Assembly: GCA_032718475.1 (NCBI GenBank)
Contig: JAUCBJ010000069.1
Span: 92,332 to 156,331, forward strand
DNA: 64,000 nucleotides
Source: Nemertoderma westbladi
Lineage: Eukaryota > Animalia > Xenacoelomorpha
Direction of reading: 5' to 3'
Shown here: positions 28,133 through 38,100 of the stretch, one piece after another
How the letters are laid out: each line of letters begins with the position of its first letter
Numbering within the stretch: position 1 is the stretch's first letter
Program-made: the position numbers and the translations under genes
The notes under the pieces: generated by a model
The model's input: the letters and a program-made list of their open reading frames with translations, nothing else
What the model was told of the DNA's origin: nothing
The model's database searches: none

Positions 28133-31100
28133 ATGCCTGTGTGTCGCACCCCGCCACGACCACCCCATACTCGCAGCAAAGGACCCGCGCCATCTCTCCC
28201 AACTAATGGAGGCGGACGGATTACAATGACGACGAAGAATACTGGTGGATCAGAATCGAAAAATTCATCCGATCCTGGGTTCACAAATGTCGCCGATTCT
28301 AAGTCCATAACCCATGACAGATGCGGTGCAATGACAACTAATCCTATCGACTTCCGGTCGATTAATCCCGCCGAGACTGGGCCGATAAATCCCGCCGATT
28401 CTGGGTTAACGAACCACAACAGATGCGGTGCAACGACGACTAATCCTATCTACTTCCGGTCGATTAATCCCGCCGAGTCTGGGCCGATAAATCCCACCGA
28501 GTCCGGGCCAATAAATACCGCCGATTCTGGGTTAACAAACAACGATAGATGCGGTACAACGACGACTAATCCTATCGACTTCCGGTCTATTAATCCCGCC
28601 GAGTCTGGGCCGATAAATCCCACTGAGTCTGGGCCAATAAATACCGCCGATTCTGGGTTAACAAACAACGATAGATGCGGTGCAGCGACGACTAATCCTA
28701 TTGACTTCCGGTCGATTAATCCCGCTGAGACTGGGCCGATAAATCCCGCCGAGACTGGGCCGATAAATCCCGCCGAGACTGGGCCGATAAATCCCGCCGA
28801 GTCTGGGTCAATAAATACCGCCGATTCTGGGTTAACGAACCACAACAGATGCGGTGCAACGACAACTAATCCTATCGACTTCCGGTCGATTAATCCCGCC
28901 GAGACTGGGCCGATAAATCCCGCCGAGACTGGGCCAATAAATACCGCCGATTCTGGGTTAACGAACCACAACAGATGCGGTGCAACGACGACTAATCCTA
29001 TCTACTTCCGGTCGATTAATCCCGCCGAGTCTGGGCCGATAAATCCCACCGAGTCTGGGCCAATAAATACCGCCGATTCTGGGTTAACAAACAACGATAG
29101 ATGCGGTACAACGACGACTAATCCTATTGACTTCCGGTCTATTAATCCCGCCGAGTCTGGGCCGATAAATCCCACCGAGTCTGGGCCAATAAATACCGCC
29201 GATTCTGGGTTAACAAACAACGATAGATGCGGTGCAACGACGACTAATCCTATTGACTTCCGGTCTATTAATCCCGCCGAGTCTGGGCCGATAAATCCCA
29301 CCGAGTCTGGGCCAATAAATACCGCCGATTCTGGGTTAACAAACAACGATAGATGCGGTACAACGACGACTAATCCTATTGACTTCCGGTCTATTAATCC
29401 CGCCGAGTCTGGGCCGATAAATCCCACCGAGTCTGGGCCAATAAATACCGCCGATTCTGGGTTAACAAACAACGATAGATGCGGTGCAACGACGACTAAT
29501 CCTATTGACTTCCGGTCTATTAATCCCGCCGAGTCTGGGCCGATAAATCCCACCGAGTCTGGGCCAATAAATACCGCCGATTCTGGGTTAACAAACAACA
29601 ATAGATGCGGTGCAACGACGACTAATCCTATTGATTTCCGGTCGATTAATCCCGCTGAGACTGGGCCGATAAATCCCGCCGAGACTGGGCCGATAAATCC
29701 CGCCGAGACTGGGCCGATAAATCCCGCCGAGTCTGGGTCAATAAATACCGCCGATTCTGGGTTAACGAACCACAACAGATGCGGTGCAACGACAACTAAT
29801 CCTATCGACTTCCGGTCGATTAATCCCGCCGAGACTGGGCCGATAAATCCCGCCGAGTCTGGGCCAATAAATACCGCCGATTCTGGGTTAATGAACCACA
29901 ACAGATGCGGTGCAACGACGACTAATCCTATCGACTTCCGGTCTATTAATCCCGCCGAGTCTGGGCCGATAAATCCCGCCGAGTCTGGGCCGATAAATAC
30001 CGCCGATTCTGGGTTAACAAACAACGACAGATGCGGTGCAACAACGATTAATTCGGTCGATTTCCGAGGGACAAATCCCGCCGAGTCTGGGCCGATAAGT
30101 CTCGCCGAGTCTGGGCCAATAAACACCGCCGATTCTGGGTTAACAAACAACGATAGATGCGGTACAACGACGACTAATCCTATTGACTTCCGGTCTATTA
30201 ATCCCGCCGAGTCTGGGCCGATAAATCCCACCGAGTCTGGGCCAATAAATACCGCCGATTCTGGGTTAACAAACAACGATAGATGCGGTGCAACGACGAC
30301 TAATCCTATTGACTTCCGGTCTATTAATCCCGCCGAGTCTGGGCCGATAAATCCCACCGAGTCTGGGCCAATAAATACCGCCGATTCTGGGTTAACAAAC
30401 AACGATAGATGCGGTACAACGACGACTAATCCTATTGACTTCCGGTCTATTAATCCCGCCGAGTCTGGGCCGATAAATCCCACCGAGTCTGGGCCAATAA
30501 ATACCGCCGATTCTGGGTTAACAAACAACGATAGATGCGGTGCAACGACGACTAATCCTATTGACTTCCGGTCTATTAATCCCGCCGAGTCTGGGCCGAT
30601 AAATCCCACCGAGTCTGGGCCAATAAATACCGCCGATTCTGGGTTAACAAACAACGATAGATGCGGTGCAACGACGACTAATCCTATTGATTTCCGGTCG
30701 ATTAATCCCGCTGAGACTGGGCCGATAAATCCCGCCGAGACTGGGCCGATAAATCCCGCCGAGACTGGGCCGATAAATCCCGCCGAGTCTGGGTCAATAA
30801 ATACCGCCGATTCTGGGTTAACGAACCACAACAGATGCGGTGCAACGACAACTAATCCTATCGACTTCCAGTCGATTAATCCCGCCGAGACTGGGCCGAT
30901 AAATCCCGCCGAGTCTGGGCCAATAAATACCGCCGATTCTGGGTTAATGAACCACAACAGATGCGGTGCAACGACGACTAATCCTATCGACTTCCGGTCT
31001 ATTAATCCCGCCGAGTCTGGGCCGATAAATCCCGCCGAGTCTGGGCCGATAAATACCGCCGATTCTGGGTTAAAAAACAACGACAGATGCGGTGCAACAA

Positions 31101-34100
31101 CGATTAATTCGGTCGATTTCCGAGGGACAAATCCCGCCGAGTCTGGGCCGATAAGTCTCGCCGAGTCTGGGCCAATAAACACCGCCGATTCTGGGTTAAC
31201 TTACAACGACAGATGCGGTGCAACAACGACTAATCCTATCGACTTCCGGTCAATTAATCCCGCCGAGTCTGGGCCAATAAATCCCGCCGAGTCTAGGCCA
31301 ATATATACTGCCGATTCTGGGTTAACGAACAATGACAGATGCGGTGCAACGACGACTAATCCTATCGACTTGTGGTCGATTAATCCCGCTGAGTCTGGGC
31401 CGATAAATCCCGCCGAGTCTAGGCCAATAAATACCGCCGATTCTGGGTTAACAAACAACGACAGATGCGGTGAAATGACGATGAATTCGGTCGATTTCCG
31501 AGGGACAAATCCTGCCGAGTCTGGGCCGATAAATCTCGCCGAGTCTGGGCCGATTAATCCCGCTGAGTCTGGGCCAATAAATCCCGGCGTGTCCAGGCTA
31601 ATAAACCACGACAGATCCAGGGCAACGAGGACTACCGACTTCCTGCCGACAAATCCCATCATTGAAGACCAATTGGATGATGGAAGTTGGGTAGTACGAG
31701 CCAATAACAATGTCAAAGTAAACCTGAGCTGGGGAGGAGGCCCGGGTATCCATACAACCAATGATAACCCAGTTCAGGTTGGCACCACTAGATATGATGT
31801 ACCAGTAGACATTCATACCAATACAATAGTAGCCAATGATACATCAATTTCTGAAACTAAACTTTCGTTTTTAAATAATACCTGTACAGATACAGGCAGA
31901 ACCTGCACCATTGACTACTGTACCTGTCTATGTAACCATGCTGGTAGTAAATCAGAGGCTTTGAAAGCAAGTCATAGGAATACACAGACACACATATGTA
32001 ACTCCTCAATCTGTGAAACAGGCGATTTGCCAAATTGTTTTTCCTTTTCTAACAAATTTAAAGATATTGCCATGGGCCACATGCTGGGGGGAGGACATAC
32101 AGACAATAAAGAAGGGGGACATCAATATGACCCTTATGTAGCTGAGTGTATAACATCTGTAGGGGGAAGCACTATCTTTGAAATACCAGACTCCCATAAT
32201 CTACCCACAGACACAAACATTGACGAAATCACAGAAACCCATATCGAACAGCCTCACACACAGCCGCAAACTAGGTCCCATTCTCAAACCTACACTCCAA
32301 ATACCATCGGTGATACTAATGTTTACACCTTGTCACAATCCACTAATTGCCTGGAGAATGAAAATTATGAAGTATCTAACACCAATCTCTCAGTATATGC
32401 AAATGTGTTTACCCCACATATATTAGACTCCAGGGACACCACATATAACCAGTCAAAAGCCACTACCAACAACGAAACAACTACCTGTAATATTACTCAT
32501 GATAGCATTATAGAAACCAGCACTGAACCAAGAATACCGAGGAGTGATGCTGAACAAAGCATGCTGATCAAAGAACTTGTCAAAGACATAAAAGATGGCA
32601 AAACAAAGTTGAATAGCTTTCTAATTCTACCAACATATGAAGACATAAAAACATTACAACCAGGCAGTTGGATCTCTGATGGCATTGTTGATGCATTCCT
32701 CAGCCTCTTGGGACAATTTGAACCAAGGGCACTTCCAGTAGTGTGCCAGCTCACACAAAAGTTCCACCAAACAAACTTCACATATGATAGGTTTGAAGCA
32801 CTTAAATTCTTCGCAAAACCATATATTGAAAGGAATAGGAATGCAGAAAGAGGATGTGAATTTATCTTTTTCCCAGAATGTCATAGCGGCCATTTTATAC
32901 TCCATGTTGCTGAAGTAAAAACCCGCACAGTGTATAAAGTTTGTTCTTTTCGTAATAAGAAGCCAACTAAGACAACACGAGAGATTGCTAAAAACCTCAC
33001 TATCTTAGACGAAGCAATCGGGGCAGAAACAAATATCACAGCATGGAAAGCTTGCAACTCAAATTATCATTTCCCAAAACAGAAGAATAATTTTGACTGT
33101 GGTGCTTTCCTATGTCAACACGCCCTTGCAATTGCTAACAATCAAAAAGATATACTAACAGTTAACAGCAACCAAATGCGTTCATGGTTGAAGAGATGTA
33201 TTGACGAAGTCAAAGTATTAGATCTCCATGGCATACCAATTTGGCCTTCCGATCTATCACCAATCTCTAATAAGCACAATACTAGCAATGCATCCACATC
33301 TGATGTTCAGTATATAAACAGCAATGACTCAGAGGCTACTGAGTTACAGGATGCTATGGAGTCTGTACAGAGGGCCTCTGACTTTATTTCAGTTATAAAG
33401 CGGTTAAAACTTCTGCAAAACCCAAAGGATGACCTTGCCAAATCTTTAATCACTCTGGGAATGAACAAATTGGGAAAGCTGCAGAAATTATTATTTAAGG
33501 AAATTTCTGATAATCTTATAGGCGAAATACTAGGAGTACAGTGCTCTATCATTAATAGGAAATCAATTGAAGAACTGTCAAAGGATGTGGCTGAATTTGC
33601 TCATGTCATTTACAATAAAGCTCTGAGTGCAAACTTTAAGAAGCGCATCAACTCCTCATCAACAAATGCATTTGGACTTCTCGAACTTATCAGCCTGGTT
33701 ACAAATTTGCAAGTTGAAGTCAAAAGTCTCAACACCCTGTATTTAACATCAACAAAAAAGATCTCCCAACTAGAGAAAAAAATTACTCAACTTGAACATG
33801 CAGTTTCCAAGGAAAAGACCACTAACGCTGATTTACAAGCAACCATAGAGCGGGCAAATCAATGGAATCAAGAAAGAAAGGGGACTGTGACAAAACAACC
33901 TAAGGCACCAAATCCACGCAAGAAACAGAAACGGAAAAGGGTGATGAAAGCTCAAACTCATTCTCCTACAATAGATGAGGGGGGTACAGATACGACCTGG
34001 TCAACTGAGGATAGTGTTGGTGAATTCATAACTGTAGATGAACTGCAGGATAGCAGTTCCAATGATACTAAAAACTTAAACAACAATCATATATCAATTC

Positions 34101-35173
34101 CAAATCCAATCAGTATAGAAGATGTGTTACATAGCAAAAATGTATGGACTAAGCCGAAAGCCCCTTCCCATCAAAAACAAACTAGTACGAAACCACCTGA
34201 AGCAATCATACCCATATCAAATCACTTTACTGCACTTGATGAGGACTCTATAGTAGCAAATCTTTTAAAGCAACAAAATATATTACTAAAGTCGCTCTTG
34301 GACGAAAAAGCTGATAACAAATCAAATACAAATATGTCAAACCCTCACCAGGATAAAAACCCTCATGACACGACTCCTAAACAAGCTCAGACTACATGCT
34401 GTAATAGCACACATAAAATACAAGATGTGCCTGTACAGCAGGAAGATAAAACCAGAACAATAATTGTAACAGGTTTACCGCCAAATACCTCCTCTGTATC
34501 GCTATCCCAGCTATGTCACTATCAAACAGCTATTAGGCCGATACATGTATGGGTAAGAGGGACCAGAGGGCATGAAAAGGAAGCTAAAGTAGTAGTGGAG
34601 AAGTCTGATCTTGAATTGTTTATGAATACATCAATTTGGCCAGGCCGTGAACCTCAAGTCAGGGAATGGACAAGTTTTAGGAAGAGTCATAACCAGGATA
34701 AAGAGTCTGAAAGAAATGCAGAAGAGAACCAAACTGGGCCACAGAGTTACGAGCATAAGCAAAATTCTGGTGCTGGTGCTGAAAGCAATAGGGGGCGATC
34801 AACAGGATACAGGCAAAGCAACTCTCCAACATATAGGACAGATAGCAACTATTATAGATTCTACACTAGGACTTACAGCAGGTACCCCAATAGAGATAAT
34901 AATAGTGACTTTAGCAGTCATAACAATTATAATAAAATGGGCCAATATCCTGAGGGACAACAATACACCAGAGGGCTTAACACATACTCCAATAATTATT
35001 CGAATCCCTACAATCAGCGAGACTTTATGAGAGAAAAATCTCACCGTAACAACTGGAGCCTAAACTACAACTCTTCGAACCACAAAGATCAGGACAAACG
35101 AAACTCAAATGGGGTTAATAGACAAGTACCAAGAAACCAACAAAAATATCAGGATCATCGCTATCATTTTTAA
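28133..35173 (+). CDS. LINE ORF1 protein (~2346 aa): tandem-repeat N-terminal half, Ulp1/C48-like protease, coiled coil, RRM-like domain, low-complexity tail
   Basis: Single open frame of about 7 kb. The track starts at TTG 28106; the first ATG is 28133 (MPVCRTPP). It lies directly upstream of the APE-RT ORF and has ORF1-type motifs IPISNHFTAL and RTIIVTGLPPNTS...SIWPGREPQVREW. Confidence 0.9.
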   Translation: MPVCRTPPRPPHTRSKGPAPSLPTNGGGRITMTTKNTGGSESKNSSDPGFTNVADSKSITHDRCGAMTTNPIDFRSINPAETGPINPADSGLTNHNRCGATTTNPIYFRSINPAESGPINPTESGPINTADSGLTNNDRCGTTTTNPIDFRSINPAESGPINPTESGPINTADSGLTNNDRCGAATTNPIDFRSINPAETGPINPAETGPINPAETGPINPAESGSINTADSGLTNHNRCGATTTNPIDFRSINPAETGPINPAETGPINTADSGLTNHNRCGATTTNPIYFRSINPAESGPINPTESGPINTADSGLTNNDRCGTTTTNPIDFRSINPAESGPINPTESGPINTADSGLTNNDRCGATTTNPIDFRSINPAESGPINPTESGPINTADSGLTNNDRCGTTTTNPIDFRSINPAESGPINPTESGPINTADSGLTNNDRCGATTTNPIDFRSINPAESGPINPTESGPINTADSGLTNNNRCGATTTNPIDFRSINPAETGPINPAETGPINPAETGPINPAESGSINTADSGLTNHNRCGATTTNPIDFRSINPAETGPINPAESGPINTADSGLMNHNRCGATTTNPIDFRSINPAESGPINPAESGPINTADSGLTNNDRCGATTINSVDFRGTNPAESGPISLAESGPINTADSGLTNNDRCGTTTTNPIDFRSINPAESGPINPTESGPINTADSGLTNNDRCGATTTNPIDFRSINPAESGPINPTESGPINTADSGLTNNDRCGTTTTNPIDFRSINPAESGPINPTESGPINTADSGLTNNDRCGATTTNPIDFRSINPAESGPINPTESGPINTADSGLTNNDRCGATTTNPIDFRSINPAETGPINPAETGPINPAETGPINPAESGSINTADSGLTNHNRCGATTTNPIDFQSINPAETGPINPAESGPINTADSGLMNHNRCGATTTNPIDFRSINPAESGPINPAESGPINTADSGLKNNDRCGATTINSVDFRGTNPAESGPISLAESGPINTADSGLTYNDRCGATTTNPIDFRSINPAESGPINPAESRPIYTADSGLTNNDRCGATTTNPIDLWSINPAESGPINPAESRPINTADSGLTNNDRCGEMTMNSVDFRGTNPAESGPINLAESGPINPAESGPINPGVSRLINHDRSRATRTTDFLPTNPIIEDQLDDGSWVVRANNNVKVNLSWGGGPGIHTTNDNPVQVGTTRYDVPVDIHTNTIVANDTSISETKLSFLNNTCTDTGRTCTIDYCTCLCNHAGSKSEALKASHRNTQTHICNSSICETGDLPNCFSFSNKFKDIAMGHMLGGGHTDNKEGGHQYDPYVAECITSVGGSTIFEIPDSHNLPTDTNIDEITETHIEQPHTQPQTRSHSQTYTPNTIGDTNVYTLSQSTNCLENENYEVSNTNLSVYANVFTPHILDSRDTTYNQSKATTNNETTTCNITHDSIIETSTEPRIPRSDAEQSMLIKELVKDIKDGKTKLNSFLILPTYEDIKTLQPGSWISDGIVDAFLSLLGQFEPRALPVVCQLTQKFHQTNFTYDRFEALKFFAKPYIERNRNAERGCEFIFFPECHSGHFILHVAEVKTRTVYKVCSFRNKKPTKTTREIAKNLTILDEAIGAETNITAWKACNSNYHFPKQKNNFDCGAFLCQHALAIANNQKDILTVNSNQMRSWLKRCIDEVKVLDLHGIPIWPSDLSPISNKHNTSNASTSDVQYINSNDSEATELQDAMESVQRASDFISVIKRLKLLQNPKDDLAKSLITLGMNKLGKLQKLLFKEISDNLIGEILGVQCSIINRKSIEELSKDVAEFAHVIYNKALSANFKKRINSSSTNAFGLLELISLVTNLQVEVKSLNTLYLTSTKKISQLEKKITQLEHAVSKEKTTNADLQATIERANQWNQERKGTVTKQPKAPNPRKKQKRKRVMKAQTHSPTIDEGGTDTTWSTEDSVGEFITVDELQDSSSNDTKNLNNNHISIPNPISIEDVLHSKNVWTKPKAPSHQKQTSTKPPEAIIPISNHFTALDEDSIVANLLKQQNILLKSLLDEKADNKSNTNMSNPHQDKNPHDTTPKQAQTTCCNSTHKIQDVPVQQEDKTRTIIVTGLPPNTSSVSLSQLCHYQTAIRPIHVWVRGTRGHEKEAKVVVEKSDLELFMNTSIWPGREPQVREWTSFRKSHNQDKESERNAEENQTGPQSYEHKQNSGAGAESNRGRSTGYRQSNSPTYRTDSNYYRFYTRTYSRYPNRDNNSDFSSHNNYNKMGQYPEGQQYTRGLNTYSNNYSNPYNQRDFMREKSHRNNWSLNYNSSNHKDQDKRNSNGVNRQVPRNQQKYQDHRYHF
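28319..31615 (+). repeat. Coding minisatellite in ORF1: 25 units, mostly 126 bp (42 aa), with nested 24-bp (8-aa) subrepeats
   Basis: Unit RCGATTTNPIDFRS-INPAESGP-INPTESGP-INTADSGL-TNND. The tgcggt anchor recurs at spacings of 102, 126 or 174 bp, i.e. differing by multiples of 24 bp and preserving frame. Confidence 0.97.
32642..33140 (+). other. Ulp1/SENP-like (peptidase C48) cysteine protease domain within ORF1
   Basis: Family motifs in the right order and spacing: DIKTLQPGSWISDGIVDAFLSLL (cf. DLxTLxxxxWLNDxVIxxYL), FIFFPECHSGHFILHV (His codon 32891), FPKQKNNFDCGAFLC (oxyanion Gln 33080, catalytic Cys 33098). Recognised by eye, not by HMM. Confidence 0.85.
33677..33940 (+). other. Predicted coiled coil followed by a basic NLS-like patch in ORF1
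   Basis: Heptad-like LLELISLVTNLQVEVKSLNTL...ISQLEKKITQLEHAV...LQATIERAN, then PRKKQKRKR at 33914-33940. Confidence 0.65.
34454..34675 (+). other. RRM-like nucleic-acid-binding domain of ORF1
   Basis: RTIIVTGLPPNTS (RNP2-like) through AKVVV and IWPGREPQVREW, resembling the WP-ending RRM seen in ORF1 of several LINE clades. Confidence 0.6.
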
Positions 35174-38100
35174 ATCAAATACAATGAAAATACTGGGGAA
35201 TGGGTATAATGACAAGTTATCCTTAAACACTAATAAACCTCAAAAGGAAATGAAGGTATTGCCAGTGTCCAATATAGCTTTAGAGAATATGACCCCTCAT
35301 GAGGAGATACCTTCAGCAATCTCAGAACGTCTTAACATAATGACATACAACTGCCAGGGGTATCTGAGAAATAAATTATATATTGACAAACTTCTGATGG
35401 AAAACAACCCTGATATATTAGTGTTACAGGAACACTGGCTCAACCCAAGGGAGGCTGAATACCACTTTAATCCAGGAAATACTTTTCCCAATTACGCAGT
35501 AGTCAATTACTCTATAGCCCATGGGATGCTGATCAATAAACCTAGAGTACGTGGCGAAGGTGGTGTCGCTCTTATGGTGAAGGAAAATATCTTGCAATAC
35601 TGCTCGACAATTCATTCGAACTCAGATCGGATAAAAGCAATACGGCTTCAGGGTAAATATGCAAATGATATTGGGATCGCGTGCATATACTTGCCTGCAG
35701 ACTGTAAGCAGGATGGAAATAGAGAAGAGTATATAAAAGTATTGTCTGAATTAGCCCTACTAATAGAAGACTGTGAAGATATAGCACTGCCTCTAATTAT
35801 AGCTGGAGACACCAATGGCTCCATTGGGAGACATGATAAGTATATGCGAGGACCAGACAAGTACTCTGAATTTGGCATGATATTTGAAAAACAAATAGTG
35901 TCGAGCTATAACCTAATAGTTACAGATATGACTATAAAAGGAAGCGGTAATGAATACACATACTATTTCAAGTCTAAAGATGGAACTACTTCAAGGAGCA
36001 GTTATATTGACCATATTCTAATTCCTCAGAACATTGAGGATAACCATCTAGAGAGCAAAGTATTTGACGAGGATCACACAAACCGCTCCGATCATGTTCC
36101 ACTGCAGGCAATATTCACATTTAATCAGGTAACCTCTGCAATACCTGCCAAACACAGACATAAGCAACTAAAGGATATCTTCTATTTTAATAAGGCTACT
36201 CCAGAAGCTATCAACAACTACAAATCAGATATTGTTAACAAATTAACAACTATTAATCAGGATATAGCCAGCTCCCGAAATCCAGAAATTATGTTGAAGA
36301 AACTTATGGATACCTTGATGGAGTCATCCAAAAGAAACATCCCCTATATTAGAGTTCACCAGAAGAAGAAGAGACATCACATGGACCGGAAAAACTGTAG
36401 CATCTCAAATAAGTTTGAACTTCAAAAATGTGAAAAGAAACTGAAAGAAGCCAAAAAGATATATAAGAGACATGGGGGGATATCAGATACAGAGAGCCAC
36501 CTACATTATATGCAGTGCTACCTGGAGCACAGGGCACTACTCAAGAGCAACCAACAGAGCATGTACCACTCTTATAACTCTCATATTAAGGAGCTAGCAG
36601 AATCAACCAGAAACCCAAAACATTTCTGGAAATTGATAAAGATGGTCAAACCAAGGAAACCAATGTCACCCACTGCTGCAGACACTCTTCACAACGAACT
36701 CAAAAGTCACTTCAATTCTGATAATCCTACAGAAGCTCCACAACCAAGTGACCATACGCATACGTGCCCAAGCAACATAAATCCGGTCTATAATGACTCC
36801 AAACAAGCTAATAAATTTGTGACTGCATTAACCATTGAAGAAAATATAAAAGAACTTAATAAGGGGAAAACAGGGGATTATTATAACATTCAATCTGAAC
36901 ATCTCCACTATGGGTCCTCACATATTTTATGTAAATTTATTGCCGATATATTTAACCAAATGAATTATAGTGGTGAATGTCCAAAGATTCTGTGCACAGG
37001 ACTTATGTTGGCAGTACCAAAACCATCTAAGAACCAGAAGCTACAGATTGCTCCAGAAAATAACTCAAGAATGATCACCATTTTAGCAACACTTGCAAAG
37101 TTGTGGGAGATTACCATTAAGGGTGATATGAAAGAAATCCTCAAGACAAATGACCTCCAGATGGGATACAAGGAAAACTTAAGCTCCGAATCTGCATACC
37201 TAACAGTTAATAACCTCATAAAATATTTCAACAAGAAGAACTCTCCAATATACATGCTCTCCCTCGACCTATCTTCAGCTTTCGATAAAGTCAGCTATCA
37301 TAAGCTTTTTGACAAACTTCGACAGACCAAGCTAAATAATAAACTCGTGAATGCTATTGAATCTTACTATAGGAACTCCTTGGCATTCCTGAATTGTGAT
37401 GGATACATACACAGTGAAGGGATTCATCTTGGTCAAGGAGTTCGGCAAGGTGGGGTCCTGTCACCCCTCTTGTTTAATTTCTACATTGCTGAAATGGTGA
37501 ACGAAATAGTCAACAGTGGCCTGGGAATTCACTTAGGGCACCAATCTTTCTCAATTGTCAGCTATGCTGACGATATCATTGTGCTTGCTAACTCCATACA
37601 TGATATCGAGGCTCTAACTAATATACTGACTAACTCACTGACAGAACTCAATTTGAAGATTAATATAAAGAAAACCCACTTTATCGTGTCGAACCCGGAT
37701 AGCTCAATGTCTATTGGAGAATCATTAAAGATAATTGGTGACACCCTTTTTTCTGAGCCAACCTGCACATATATGGGTCTACCCTTACCAGGTACAGATA
37801 AAAACCTAAAGGACTTGTTTACCAGCAAGATATGGATGAACTGCTCAATGCTTTCATCCCGCGGTCTAAAACCAAACTCAGTCTCGTTAAATGTGACAGC
37901 TACAATATGGAGGTCAGTATGCATCCCGAGCATTACTTATGGATCATCATCACTGAGTACTAAACTAATAGATGATGTTGGAACTACATGTAGGAAGGGT
38001 ATGCGATCGATACTGCATGCGGGGAACTACATTAAAAACAAGGTATTAAACGTGTTATTTGGATCTGCAGATCTCTCTAATACCATCCTTGCACATCAAT

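Noticed and set aside
28054-31761. Long antisense ORFs (121, 173, 726 and 186 aa) over the ORF1 repeat
   Set aside because: They mirror a repeat unit that lacks stops in that frame and are broken by point variants, whereas the + frame stays open throughout.
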